Shown: positions 9,056 through 18,560, numbered from the stretch's first letter. The stretch is 64,000 nucleotides of DNA from an uncultured virus (IMG/VR IMGVR_UViG_3300039159_000181) (IMGVR_UViG_3300039159_000181), one strand, 5' to 3'. Numbers and translations: made by a program. The notes: generated by a model not told the origin, from the sequence alone.

Positions 9056-9262
9056 TTACTTGCCGGGGTTGACCTGTGCGGGATATTCGCTGGTGGCAAA
9101 GCCGTACCCGTAAAAAGGGTGCAGGGTCTGGCGGTTTGCCATGGTGACCTCGTGACCTTGGCCAGGGCTGACCTCGGTGTCGGGGCGGGCTTTGCGGTAT
9201 TTGCCGTCGGTTGCGCCCTCATTGAGGCCCGCGTTCATCGAACGGCTGGTGTTGACTGCCAT
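9056..9262 (-). CDS. Small hypothetical protein
   Basis: 68 aa, AAGGAG RBS, coupled to the upstream stop. Confidence 0.75.
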   Translation of the reverse strand: MAVNTSRSMNAGLNEGATDGKYRKARPDTEVSPGQGHEVTMANRQTLHPFYGYGFATSEYPAQVNPGK

Positions 9263-9552
9263 TACATTTTCTCCTTACGAAGCTGCTTGGTCGTTTTCAT
9301 CGTTCGGGGCTTGCCGTAGTTATTGGTGCCGCCCTCTTCGCCCAACTCAAAGGCGTAGCTACCGGGGTTTCCCATGGCGTTGAGGTGCGCCTTGACGCTG
9401 CCCTCTAGCGGACCGTTGTAAGGTCCCCTACGCTGGGGGAGCATAGCGCTGTGGCTGTAGCCCGCACCGGCGGGGTACGGGTCACCGTGATAGAAGTCGT
9501 ACAGCCCCTGTCGACGGGGGTGGTTTGCTCTGTCGGGTACGATGTGGCTCAT
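9262..9552 (-). CDS. Hypothetical protein
   Basis: 96 aa, AGGAG RBS. Confidence 0.7.
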   Translation of the reverse strand: MSHIVPDRANHPRRQGLYDFYHGDPYPAGAGYSHSAMLPQRRGPYNGPLEGSVKAHLNAMGNPGSYAFELGEEGGTNNYGKPRTMKTTKQLRKEKM

Positions 9553-9588
9553 GATTCTCCTGCCTGAAGGGCTGTGGTGAGGGCCTGT

Positions 9589-9789
9589 TTAGGCCATCTT
9601 CTTCTTGACTCGCTTTTTCGCCTTTGCCTCATGGCAAGAGGGGCATACTCCGTAGGAGTACATAACGTCCACAGGAGACATCACTGCGCCGCAAGCGGGG
9701 CAGGGGTATGAACCATGGTACATCGTGGTATGGTGCGCAATCTGGCCAGCCTGTAGCTCCATCGTAAAAGCTCCGTCTCCGTCATCCAT
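9589..9789 (-). CDS. Small C4 zinc-finger protein
   Basis: CPACG…CPSCH; start at MDDGDG next to the upstream stop. Confidence 0.65.
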   Translation of the reverse strand: MDDGDGAFTMELQAGQIAHHTTMYHGSYPCPACGAVMSPVDVMYSYGVCPSCHEAKAKKRVKKKMA

Positions 9790-9790
9790 G

Positions 9791-10174
9791 TTAGACACCG
9801 TCCATACTGTTGCGGGGGCTACCGGAGTACCCTGCAGGGCCTCCGGAGAACCACGAAACTCGCGGCTCTGTGTACACACGGTCAACACTCACGACATCTT
9901 CAATCGTGGGCTGTGTCCGAGGCCCAAACCCAAAGCGGTCAGGGAAAAGGCGAATCTGGGGCAGGTTGGGGCGAACGAGGTGCGCAATCTGGTCCGAAGG
10001 AATGGTGGCGGCGGCGATTGCCTGCTGAGTCAACCGCTCCTCGTTCGAAGCCCACGGCCCCGTATAGCTCCATCGGGGCTGGACTACATCCGACGGGATA
10101 CCTGAGCGCCACGGCTTGGTGTGGTCATAGACGCCATCGACCTGCTGTCCCGCAGGAACATTGAACCCAGACAC
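9791..10174 (-). CDS. Hypothetical protein
   Basis: 127-aa ORF coupled to its neighbours. Confidence 0.7.
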   Translation of the reverse strand: MSGFNVPAGQQVDGVYDHTKPWRSGIPSDVVQPRWSYTGPWASNEERLTQQAIAAATIPSDQIAHLVRPNLPQIRLFPDRFGFGPRTQPTIEDVVSVDRVYTEPRVSWFSGGPAGYSGSPRNSMDGV

Positions 10175-11595
10175 TAGAAGAGCTGCCCGTCGACTTTAGT
10201 GCTTGCAAAGTCGACTGGTTTGCGCTTTTTGAACTGAGTGCCGATGTTGTGTTCCGGGCTATTTGACCGTGGGACTTTAGGCTCTTTTGGTAGGGCGTTG
10301 ACCCGAGCGTTGTACTCCGAGTCTTCGTTGTTGGCGCGGCGGGTAGCTGCCCAGGACGTTTCTTGGATAAGCATGGCGGGGACAGTCGAACGCAGGCCCA
10401 ACTCCGCGCGCAACTGAGTAGCAGTTTGGTGAACCGCCTCTTGATGCACAGCGTGCTCGATGCCGATGGGAGTAATCCGCTTGTCCCCCGCACCCAGCAT
10501 TTCGGTGCCGCCGCCGCGCTTAGTGACCGTCTTAGTAGTTACACCCAGCGCGTCGCTAGCGCTCTTGTACGCCGCGCCGTCCTGGTTGTAGCTAATACGC
10601 TGCTCGTGCATGTCTGCCGGAGTGAACGCGCGGTCGCTCAACGCCCCCTCGTTTGAGTCTTGCAGGCCAAAAAGGTCGTGCGACTCTTGGTAAGAGCCTG
10701 TTCGCAGACCCTCACCAATCTTGCGGGCGCGGTCGCGGTACTCGTACTCAATGTCACCGTCGGGAACTGCCACCTCGTGGGCGCGTGCGTAACTGACTGT
10801 CTTGGGGTTGGTATGCGGGTTGCTGGGGCTGCCCTGTAACACCTTGTGCGCATTTGCTACGTTGCTGCGCATAGCGGTTTTAGCGAGGTTGTCCACGTCC
10901 ACGTTGGTGTGCGGTCGGATAGTCTCACGAATATCGGGGTGCGAAAGCTGCGACGCAACTGCGGGGCTCAGCTCACGAAACGGAACAGTTGCCCCGTGGT
11001 GCTCCTCAGGAACAGTAGCCAACTGCTGACCGCGTTTGTTCTTCAGGCTGTGCAGAGCGGCTACAACCTCGGGGGTCATAGTGACATGTCCCGAACCGTG
11101 TGCCTGTAACAGCGCCTTGGTAGCCGCCTTCTCCGCCTCCGGCTTGGTCTGCACGCTGATTTTGCTCGTGGCGTCGAGAACCACCGCCAACGGAATGTCG
11201 CTGTCCCCCATCAGTTCTTTAACTTCCCGGTGGTGGTCGAAGTAAAACCGCTCGCCGCCAATGCTCTCGCCGTCTTTTAGGACCGCATTTGCAGACGCCC
11301 TTACGTTCTCCTTGCGAGTGTCCACAGCATCTTGAACAGTAAACCGCTTGTTGCGGACAGCGGATAGCCCCTTTTGAGCGCGCACCGACCTCAGATTTTC
11401 AGCGGGTGAAAGGTTGGGCTTCGTTGTTGGTAGGTCAGCAAGGGCCTGATACCGAGGCTTAGCGGTCATGCTGACATCATGCACGGCCCTGACGGCTAGT
11501 CCCTTCTCCTTCCGGTCAAGGTCTGCGAACGTCAGCGGGTTACGGCCTGACGCGAAGGCTTCCGTTCGCTTCTTAGCGGGGGGTTTGGCTACCAT
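10174..11595 (-). CDS. Hypothetical protein, possibly a divergent HhH-glycosylase-like phage domain
   Basis: 473 aa; FY…SKISVQ…PKT…ADMH…PAMLIQETSW pattern. Confidence 0.6.
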   Translation of the reverse strand: MVAKPPAKKRTEAFASGRNPLTFADLDRKEKGLAVRAVHDVSMTAKPRYQALADLPTTKPNLSPAENLRSVRAQKGLSAVRNKRFTVQDAVDTRKENVRASANAVLKDGESIGGERFYFDHHREVKELMGDSDIPLAVVLDATSKISVQTKPEAEKAATKALLQAHGSGHVTMTPEVVAALHSLKNKRGQQLATVPEEHHGATVPFRELSPAVASQLSHPDIRETIRPHTNVDVDNLAKTAMRSNVANAHKVLQGSPSNPHTNPKTVSYARAHEVAVPDGDIEYEYRDRARKIGEGLRTGSYQESHDLFGLQDSNEGALSDRAFTPADMHEQRISYNQDGAAYKSASDALGVTTKTVTKRGGGTEMLGAGDKRITPIGIEHAVHQEAVHQTATQLRAELGLRSTVPAMLIQETSWAATRRANNEDSEYNARVNALPKEPKVPRSNSPEHNIGTQFKKRKPVDFASTKVDGQLF

Positions 11596-11598
11596 AAT

Positions 11599-12147
11599 CT
11601 ATCTCCAGACAGGCTTGAGGTACGAGAGCTGGTTAGCTCGTCGCACATTGAGGGTTCCGGGCTCGTTGGCGATGGTGTTGGCCTTGCCGTCGTTGACGAG
11701 GTTCGGGGCAGGGGTAAGTCGAATCTCCGGGGCCGCGCGGGGGACCATAAACTGGACCGCGCCATTGACGTTGACGGGTCGAGCTTTCATCTGCCGCTGT
11801 AGGCCGGACTGCGAGCCAAACTCTGGGCTCCAGAAATAACTGCTTGCGTCAATGCGCTCACCCTTGTGAACACCGCGCTGATACGCCTTTTGGTTGAGGC
11901 GACTTTTGATGGAGTCAAGAAGACGGTCATCCCGCCGTGAGCGGATGCTGCCCAAATAGCCGTCGGGGTACTCTGCACTGGGTACACGACCGGTGCCAAT
12001 ACGAACAGAGTCAAGCTCCGAACGGGCTACTGGGGTGCCGTCTCCACCTTGATTGTTATATCCGTAAAAGCCATTTCCACCCAGAGACTGCCAATTCTGG
12101 CTAGGTGCAAAGCTGTTGTAATCGGACATACTCCAATGGTCTCGCAC
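11599..12147 (-). CDS. Hypothetical protein
   Basis: 182-aa ORF; start uncertain. Confidence 0.7.
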   Translation of the reverse strand: MRDHWSMSDYNSFAPSQNWQSLGGNGFYGYNNQGGDGTPVARSELDSVRIGTGRVPSAEYPDGYLGSIRSRRDDRLLDSIKSRLNQKAYQRGVHKGERIDASSYFWSPEFGSQSGLQRQMKARPVNVNGAVQFMVPRAAPEIRLTPAPNLVNDGKANTIANEPGTLNVRRANQLSYLKPVWR

Positions 12148-12171
12148 CTATTGCGGTGCGGGGGGCTGAAC

Positions 12172-12387
12172 CTACAGCGGAGCAACGCCAGTAAAGATAA
12201 CGCCAAGGTCCTCGTCCATGGTGTAAACAATGCGGCTTCCATCGGGAAATACCGCGTCCAAATCGTCGGAAACGTCAAGCAGAACCGGGACGAGAGCTCC
12301 GCCGGGAGCCACCGAGGAAACTCCGTCGGGTAAATCCAGCAGGAAATCAAAGTCACTGGCATTGATGTAAAAAGTTTTACGAGCCAT
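12172..12387 (-). CDS. Small acidic hypothetical protein
   Basis: MARKTF… overlaps the upstream stop. Confidence 0.55.
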   Translation of the reverse strand: MARKTFYINASDFDFLLDLPDGVSSVAPGGALVPVLLDVSDDLDAVFPDGSRIVYTMDEDLGVIFTGVAPL

Positions 12388-13144
12388 TCCCAAACGCCCT
12401 CTCATGTCCCCGACGAGCCTGCAGAGCAGCTACATGGAACTGAGCTCTGCGGCCAATGGGGGTAATCATCTGAGTTGACGGTAGCGCAATTACCTTCTGC
12501 TCTGCAAACGCGCCTTTAGGAAGTCCGCCAAAGTTGTTAACGGAGTTTTGACCGCGGGTCTCTGTGGCCATTGCAGGGCGGGCCTCTGGCGAAAACATCG
12601 AGTAGTGGCTTCTAAACGCGGCCTCCTCGCCGTGCGCGTCAAACCCCCGGCCAGAAGCGGCATGGCCAAACACGTCATGAACAGCGCGGAACTTGTCGTT
12701 ATCCTCGTTGCTAAAAAACGGGTGGCCTCCCGTAGTGACGGTAGACATAGCCCGAATGCGGCGGTTAACAGCGACGTCGTGAATCATTGCGGCAGGGTCC
12801 GGAGCACCGGAGGGCTTGGTGTACGGGTCATGCGCCGTAATCTCTACCTGTAGACCCATCCCCCCGCGAGCGGTAGGCCGAGTCATGTAGTCAAACTGTC
12901 GCTTAACCTCTTCCCGCATCGCGCGAAAATGCGGCTCGGCAGAGGCATCGTATTTCGGTGCCGCGTCGAAATCTTCGGCAATGCGGCGACCCTGTGCGGG
13001 GTTAGCTAGGACACCCTGAAAACTGCGCGGTCGAAGCTGCCCCATCCCCGCGGCGTAGCGTTCCGCGGCAGCGGCGGCAAACGGCACATGAACATCTCTG
13101 CCCACAGAAAAGCCTGCGGCTAACTCGTCAAAGTTTCTACTCAC
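12377..13144 (-). CDS. Conserved phage domain with HDxxGH…GEE motif (zincin-like metal-binding?)
   Basis: KFRAVHDVFGH…HGEEAAF…ETRGQNS. Confidence 0.6.
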   Translation of the reverse strand: MSRNFDELAAGFSVGRDVHVPFAAAAAERYAAGMGQLRPRSFQGVLANPAQGRRIAEDFDAAPKYDASAEPHFRAMREEVKRQFDYMTRPTARGGMGLQVEITAHDPYTKPSGAPDPAAMIHDVAVNRRIRAMSTVTTGGHPFFSNEDNDKFRAVHDVFGHAASGRGFDAHGEEAAFRSHYSMFSPEARPAMATETRGQNSVNNFGGLPKGAFAEQKVIALPSTQMITPIGRRAQFHVAALQARRGHERAFGNGS

Positions 13145-13165
13145 GAACAGTTACCGCCTTTAGGC

Positions 13166-13990
13166 TCAAGGAGTGGGCAGGGTGCCCGATGGCGGCACAA
13201 CCGCCCGATGCGTATACGCATAAAAGTCGCGGGCCTTCTCCGTACGGCGCTCGTTGATGCCCCGCAGAAGCTCGCCCATCGTGTGACGTTGCGGTGCTTC
13301 CTCGGTCGGGGTTCCGTCGGCATGATGCCCACCAACGGTCCCGCCCACAACTTTCCATGAGCGGTTTTGTGCCTCGTACCGAGTAAACCCGCGAGTTCCA
13401 GACAGCGTGGGGTTCCAGCGGGAGTCGGAGTCGTTCACTCCAAACTGATGCAGGACCTTTGGCACCGGGGTGGCGGCTGAGGTCTGAAGGTCTGACTCAG
13501 AAGGCTCCTTCGGGAGCTCCATCGGGGTCTTAAAGGCCCCCATGCTGAGAAGCACGTCAGAACCGTCTTTGCCCGCACGGGCTCCTCGGGGCAAGCGAAC
13601 AGCGGTGTTGGGCAATGCGAATGCCGCCTGCTGAAGCTGCTCGTTGCCCGCGGTGCGCGCCTCATCGGGGTCTTTAATGCGCCGCGAAACATCCATGACG
13701 TAGCTCTCGTCAGAAATCTTCCAGCCACCCTGGGCGGCGTTGGGGTCACCCATATGGCGGGCCGCGTGCTCAGCGTGAAAGTTAGATACCTCTTGCGGAC
13801 TTGCCGGAAGGGGGTACTCAGGGTCCTGCTGACCGGCCTTGAGCTCGTCAGAGGCCTGGCCGACCATAAACCCGCGACCCGTCACAGTCTTCCGAGAGTC
13901 GAGGTACGTTGAGGAGCCCCCCTCGTCGATGTCGGAGGCGATACGCAAATCAGCTTCCGTTGGGGACTTCTGAGCGGGATTGAAAGCCAT
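13166..13990 (-). CDS. Hypothetical phage protein
   Basis: 274 aa; GFMVG…GGW…YVMDVS. Confidence 0.7.
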   Translation of the reverse strand: MAFNPAQKSPTEADLRIASDIDEGGSSTYLDSRKTVTGRGFMVGQASDELKAGQQDPEYPLPASPQEVSNFHAEHAARHMGDPNAAQGGWKISDESYVMDVSRRIKDPDEARTAGNEQLQQAAFALPNTAVRLPRGARAGKDGSDVLLSMGAFKTPMELPKEPSESDLQTSAATPVPKVLHQFGVNDSDSRWNPTLSGTRGFTRYEAQNRSWKVVGGTVGGHHADGTPTEEAPQRHTMGELLRGINERRTEKARDFYAYTHRAVVPPSGTLPTP

Positions 13991-14040
13991 ATATCAATGG
14001 TCTACTGTTAGAGACCTCACCACAGCCTAAAGGACAGCCG

Positions 14041-14208
14041 ATGCCTGCACCACACAAAACAGTAGTGACCTACGGTCGTGACGGCATCCGTCAAGCGTGG
14101 TGCGTATCTCTGGGCTGTGGCTGGTTAGGTGAGAACCTAACGGATGCCGGACTCGCCCGGCGTGAGGGTGCCGAACACTCTCGGACTAACCCTCAACCTG
14201 TGGCCTAG
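14041..14208 (+). CDS. Small divergent Cys/His protein (55 aa), absent from the ORF track
   Basis: AAAGGA RBS, TACTGT -10 at 14003-14008; MPAPHKTVV…AWCVSLGCGW…EH. Confidence 0.55.
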   Translation: MPAPHKTVVTYGRDGIRQAWCVSLGCGWLGENLTDAGLARREGAEHSRTNPQPVA

Positions 14209-14470
14209 AAGGCGAATCTTCAAAGTTCAAGGTCGTTCCTCGAGTCTGCTTTGAATACGACAGCGGGTTGCCCGAGCCTTGACCCGCGCGCCAAGCAGTA
14301 GCTTGTGCCACTGAGCCGAAGGTTGAGCTGCCGCTGGACAGCGGGTTACCGCCGTCCATGTGCTCTTGGACATTGGCAAGGCCTAAGCCGCCAGTGTCGG
14401 AATCGTCCATGTTCGACTTGACACCGTACCGCTGAAAAGCAACCGCAGAAGCGTTGCGGTTAACCTCCAT
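14186..14470 (-). CDS. Hypothetical protein
   Basis: 94 aa, coupled start. Confidence 0.65.
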   Translation of the reverse strand: MEVNRNASAVAFQRYGVKSNMDDSDTGGLGLANVQEHMDGGNPLSSGSSTFGSVAQATAWRAGQGSGNPLSYSKQTRGTTLNFEDSPSRPQVEG

Positions 14471-14946
14471 TAGTACATCGAGCCCTGCATCGAGCCCTGC
14501 ATTGCGTCTCCGAAGTCTGCCGTGTTACGGGCGTGGACCGAGGGGACCAGGCGGGCGCTGTTCATCGTCTCTGCGGCAACCGGGTCAACGCAAGCTGAGT
14601 AGTGTGCGGTGACGCGGTACTGCGCACCCATACGCTCCAGCACGTTGGTGCGGTGCGCAACGGCCCCATACCCGGTGGGGTCTTGAGACTGGGTGTTGTG
14701 CTTAGGAACCATCGTCCCGAACTGCTCGGGAGCGACCTCGCTGGTCATGTCCGGCAGTTGAGCCGCAGCGGCATCCGAAGCGGCTCCGTACGTCACACGG
14801 GCACTGCCCGCAATGACAGCTTTGGCGTAGTGCTCATCTGCGGTGTGGATGGTGCGTGCCATGTGGGGTCCTGCCGATTCAAGATAGTTGGAAGGGGTAC
14901 CGTTGCGGCGACGCATCGCGTGGCCAATGTCGTACGGGGATGCCAT
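14470..14946 (-). CDS. Hypothetical protein
   Basis: 158 aa, AAGGAG RBS, TACCCT -10 upstream. Confidence 0.75.
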   Translation of the reverse strand: MASPYDIGHAMRRRNGTPSNYLESAGPHMARTIHTADEHYAKAVIAGSARVTYGAASDAAAAQLPDMTSEVAPEQFGTMVPKHNTQSQDPTGYGAVAHRTNVLERMGAQYRVTAHYSACVDPVAAETMNSARLVPSVHARNTADFGDAMQGSMQGSMY

Positions 14947-14988
14947 GAGGACTCCTTTAGAAAGGTCTTCCTCTAGGGTACCCCCCGC

Positions 14989-15288
14989 TTAGCTCGCAGT
15001 AACGATGAATACCATCGCGGAAATATCGCCGTCCCGTGAAGAAATTGTCGTAAAGGCGGGCTTGCAGGTCAGGTCGAGACCTTTCGGGGCAACATAGCCG
15101 CGAGCGATGGCGAGCGCCTTGACGGCCTGGTTCACTGCCCCGGCCCCTACGGCGCGAAGGCTAACCCTGCGGTTTTCGTACAGGGCGTGAGCAACAGCAG
15201 AGGCTACCGACTGGGGGTTAGACCCTGCACTGACGCGGAGGAATGGTTCTTCGGAGGATACGGGAAGGGTGGGGAGTTCGTTAGACAC
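14989..15288 (-). CDS. spoVS: SpoVS family protein
   Basis: LRVSAGSNPQSVA…RAVGAGAVNQAVKALAIARGYVAPKGLDLTCKPAF matches the SpoVS signature; GTG start with AAAGGA RBS. Confidence 0.9.
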   Translation of the reverse strand: MSNELPTLPVSSEEPFLRVSAGSNPQSVASAVAHALYENRRVSLRAVGAGAVNQAVKALAIARGYVAPKGLDLTCKPAFTTISSRDGDISAMVFIVTAS

Positions 15289-15365
15289 GAGTAGTGGTCC
15301 TTTGGGGTTCGAGGGTGCCTTCCTCGCCCCCAGAGTACCTAATGAAACGTCCCTGAACTGCCTAA

Positions 15366-15971
15366 TCAACCGCGCTGGTTGCGGGGGTCTGAAGCAAACA
15401 GCCCCACCAGCAGGGCAAACTCTTCGGGGCTTTGATAGTGCTGCGCCGCAATAAATGCCAGGGCCAGGGCATCGGTGGCATTGTCGTCTGTAATTGCTGC
15501 CCGCAACCGGACATTCACTGCCGTGACGACCTCTAGCTTTGTGGCGTTGCCGCGGCCCGTGACGTACTTCTTCAGTGTCGTCGGGGGGACCAGGATGGGA
15601 TACCGGACAGCCGAGTGCGCGTGCTCCCGGAAGGTCATTTTAACAACCCCAGAGAGCTCCCCTAAAACAGACGCGGAGTGGCTGGCGCGGACGGTGTTCT
15701 CCATAGCGGCATCGACCACTTGGCAATCCCGCTCCTCCAGCCGCACAATGAAGCCTCGAAGAAACGCCGAGATGTCGTGCAGGCGGTCGACTCCCCGCTC
15801 TGCGGAGCGATATACCTCGGAGTAGTACTGCTCTGGGGCTAACCCTGCCGGAGAAGGCGTAGACACCGCCGCGACCGCGAACCCTGTCAGGCTCTGGTCT
15901 ACTCCCAGGTATACATTTCCCGGAGCTAAGGGGCGGGCGCTCTCAAAAGTCTTGGTGCGAGAGCTAGGCAT
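15366..15971 (-). CDS. RuvC-like Holliday junction resolvase
   Basis: YLGVDQSLTGFAV…ME…PTTLKKYVTGRGNATK…DDNATDA. Confidence 0.85.
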   Translation of the reverse strand: MPSSRTKTFESARPLAPGNVYLGVDQSLTGFAVAAVSTPSPAGLAPEQYYSEVYRSAERGVDRLHDISAFLRGFIVRLEERDCQVVDAAMENTVRASHSASVLGELSGVVKMTFREHAHSAVRYPILVPPTTLKKYVTGRGNATKLEVVTAVNVRLRAAITDDNATDALALAFIAAQHYQSPEEFALLVGLFASDPRNQRG

Positions 15972-16539
15972 CTAAGTTGCCGATGGCAATGAACATCCGA
16001 GCCGCGGCACGGAGTTCTGCAACCCCCCGGTCATTGGGCACGGTCACCGCAAAGTTGGGGTAATCGTCGAGCGAGTTCTCGCTGGGGTGTGCGTTAGCCG
16101 GACGAACTCCGGGGCGCTCTACCCGCAACATTTGACCGCCTCGACGGACAATGGCGGAGGCTTCGTTGAGGTAACGGACGTCAGTGATAACGACCTTCGA
16201 GTGCTCTAGACCGTCCAGGAGATAATTCACCCAGAAGTCTGTGCCGAACATCTCTCGACCGACCTCGGTGCCAAACCGCTGGAGAAGACCGCGGGTCTCG
16301 GGGGTGTCACGTTTGGCACCCTCCCAGCCCCTGTCGGCAACGACATCCACCAGCGACAGGGGTATCCCCGCAACAGTGACGAGGGGATTGAGCAGAAGCA
16401 AAGCCTGACGCATCGGCTCAGCAAACGACATCCGTGTGAACCCCGCCTCCTCGATAAGGACCTGTGCAAAGGTGTCTTTACCCGACTGCGCCCAACCGGA
16501 AATGCCGATAATGCCGGGACTGTTCACGGTGCCATCCAC
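15964..16539 (-). CDS. Deoxynucleoside monophosphate kinase
   Basis: IGISGWAQSGKDT, SFAEP, LQRFGTEVGR, ITDVRYLNE, HPSE. Confidence 0.9.
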   Translation of the reverse strand: MDGTVNSPGIIGISGWAQSGKDTFAQVLIEEAGFTRMSFAEPMRQALLLLNPLVTVAGIPLSLVDVVADRGWEGAKRDTPETRGLLQRFGTEVGREMFGTDFWVNYLLDGLEHSKVVITDVRYLNEASAIVRRGGQMLRVERPGVRPANAHPSENSLDDYPNFAVTVPNDRGVAELRAAARMFIAIGNLDA

Positions 16540-16988
16540 CCCTTGCGAGAGAACTGCTGGTCATTGGTGCGGCGAGTTATCTCCCGAGAAACCAGCGTGA
16601 TGTCTCGCTGGTGGTTATCCAGCAGCATCTGAACCATCTTCCGGTAGGTGGTCTTTGCGGCTAACGACTGCGCCGCGGCCTGGACACTGGGCTCGATGTT
16701 GACCTGGGCGCGAATCAAGGTGATGCGGTCCCCTGTGGACTTTGTGCCCATCTTCTGCACGAGCAGTCGGTCGAAGCCAAGCTTGTACAGACGCTCGGCG
16801 GTGTCCTCCTGGTCTTGAGCCAGCACGAGCTCTGAGGCGATGTAGTCTGCCCACGCAGTAAGCTCCGTGAACTTCTGGGCGAGCTGCTCGCTGGACAGCA
16901 GTGTGATGTCGTAGGGAAGCTGAACCTGCTCCAGCTCGGGGCGCGTGTACCCAATGCCCCAGTCGGGGCCAACAGACATGTCGCTCAT
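16524..16988 (-). CDS. Helical protein, possible UvsY-like recombination mediator
   Basis: AGGAG RBS; coiled-coil character; location in the recombination module (inference). Confidence 0.5.
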   Translation of the reverse strand: MSDMSVGPDWGIGYTRPELEQVQLPYDITLLSSEQLAQKFTELTAWADYIASELVLAQDQEDTAERLYKLGFDRLLVQKMGTKSTGDRITLIRAQVNIEPSVQAAAQSLAAKTTYRKMVQMLLDNHQRDITLVSREITRRTNDQQFSRKGWMAP

Positions 16989-16995
16989 AGTGCTC

Positions 16996-17961
16996 CTAGT
17001 AGTTTTGGCATTGCTTGCACTTACCCGAGGGGTTGTTAGTGCAGTCGGGTTCTGTGCCTGAGTCGACGTATTCAATTACTCGCTCGGCTTTATCGAAGAC
17101 ATGCCGAACCAGCTCGAAGTCGCGCTTACGCGTGAACTCCTTGAAGGCGTTATCGGCTTTGAGTTCGTAAACAAACACTGCCTCGTCAATAGGCTGTCCA
17201 TCGAGGTCCCGAAGGCCCATGCGGTATGCCAGCTCCAGGTACACCTGAATCTGAAGAACGTGGGCTCCGAAGGGGGCTTTAATGAGGTTCCAGGCCTTCA
17301 TGAAGTCTCCGTTGGCCTGGGACATGAACTGTGGCCCCATCCAGCGAATGGTTCCGGGGCCGATGGTCTTAATCTCCAGGAAGCAGTCGTCGCCCAGACC
17401 GCGGAGCCAACCGTCGGTGTGGCCAGCAATGCGGAGGGCATCGTCGTGGAGCCTGACCTCGTCGTAGAACAGGTGCGGAGAGGCGCAGTGCTCACACTCT
17501 GCGGGCGAGGTACCGACGGTGATGAGGTCACACAGTCGACAGCGGAACTTCCCGTGCATGACCCCCATCTCAGAGAACCACTTCTGCCACTTCTCGTGCG
17601 TCTGGTGGCCCTGGTCGAAGATAGCCTGCATCCGCAGATTGGGGCGCTCTGCGCGGCTGGCAGTGCCCGTCATAAGGAACCAGGAGGAGCGAAGGCAGAA
17701 GTCCGGCTTGATAATCTCCGAGGGGTGCAGGACCGTCGTAGAGCGGTTCTCTGGCGGACGAGACATGAGGTGTCGCTCTATCGCCCCCAGTACCCGGTTA
17801 GGAGTCTTCTTGGCGTCGAGGAACCGCTTCATGGCGTCACTGCCCGAAGAAGCCGGAGGGGCCTGATATGGCGTGTTATCGGGCGTGCTGCTGGACGAAC
17901 TCAGCGAACCCCATGTGTCGCGCTGTACGATGCCATTTTCTGACGAGAGCATTTCTTTCAC
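16996..17961 (-). CDS. Cas4-like PD-(D/E)xK exonuclease
   Basis: HPSE…C; GHTDG…LEIKT; QIQVY; C-terminal C…CKQC. Start uncertain (possibly 17832). Confidence 0.85.
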   Translation of the reverse strand: MKEMLSSENGIVQRDTWGSLSSSSSTPDNTPYQAPPASSGSDAMKRFLDAKKTPNRVLGAIERHLMSRPPENRSTTVLHPSEIIKPDFCLRSSWFLMTGTASRAERPNLRMQAIFDQGHQTHEKWQKWFSEMGVMHGKFRCRLCDLITVGTSPAECEHCASPHLFYDEVRLHDDALRIAGHTDGWLRGLGDDCFLEIKTIGPGTIRWMGPQFMSQANGDFMKAWNLIKAPFGAHVLQIQVYLELAYRMGLRDLDGQPIDEAVFVYELKADNAFKEFTRKRDFELVRHVFDKAERVIEYVDSGTEPDCTNNPSGKCKQCQNY

Positions 17962-18205
17962 GATGGCTTAGTCCTCCCCATATTCCGTGTTCTTCATTAT
18001 TGGTTACGCCAGAAACCAAGCACTCAGTCCGTACGGGACAGGGTGGCCGAGAATCTGAGCCAAAGCAGTGCTCTCTGGCTTGATTAGCAATCTTGTTGTA
18101 TAAAAGGCGGTCCCTAGGGGGAAAGAAAAGCTCAGGGTCCACATCGGGCTTAGAACATGAGCCTTGTGTGCGCCAGGACTCTGCGGGGTCTTCTTCAATC
18201 AGCAT
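17876..18205 (-). CDS. whiB: WhiB family transcription factor
   Basis: WRTQGSC…DPELFFP…C…CPVRTECL…GIWGGLSHRER. Confidence 0.92.
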   Translation of the reverse strand: MLIEEDPAESWRTQGSCSKPDVDPELFFPPRDRLLYNKIANQAREHCFGSDSRPPCPVRTECLVSGVTNNEEHGIWGGLSHRERNALVRKWHRTARHMGFAEFVQQHAR

Positions 18206-18560
18206 CCGGTGCGGAATCCTCTGCTTGTACGGGGAGTGCCCGTAAACGTTCCCGGTCGTCAAAGACTTCGATGAAGTCGTTCTCGTCCAGAATAACGTAA
18301 TTCTTTCCATTTAGAGAAATCCCAAATACCGGCATCCGACCGTCCATAATGGCCTCGGTACTAATCTTCTCTAGCTCTCTGGAAGAGATAGTTTTTGTCA
18401 GCTTTCCAGTCCATTTATGCTCGATAAGGAGCTCTGCAGAGCGCACATCCCCCTTGCGGCTCCAGAACGCTCCAGAGGCGGCGGTGGTAGAGCCCCCAAT
18501 GCGTTTAGCTAAACGCTTTTCGTGAGCTTGAGACTGCTTCTGTCCCTCTGACTTAGCCAA
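18195..18560 (-). CDS. Hjc-like PD-(D/E)xK Holliday junction resolvase
   Basis: HEKRLAK…SGA…KGDV…IEHK. Confidence 0.8.
   Translation of the reverse strand: MAKSEGQKQSQAHEKRLAKRIGGSTTAASGAFWSRKGDVRSAELLIEHKWTGKLTKTISSRELEKISTEAIMDGRMPVFGISLNGKNYVILDENDFIEVFDDRERLRALPVQAEDSAPDAD

Noticed and set aside
16996..17961. Cas4-like gene as a sign of a CRISPR-Cas system
   Set aside because: No other cas genes or repeat-spacer array seen; solo Cas4-like nucleases are common in phage recombination modules.
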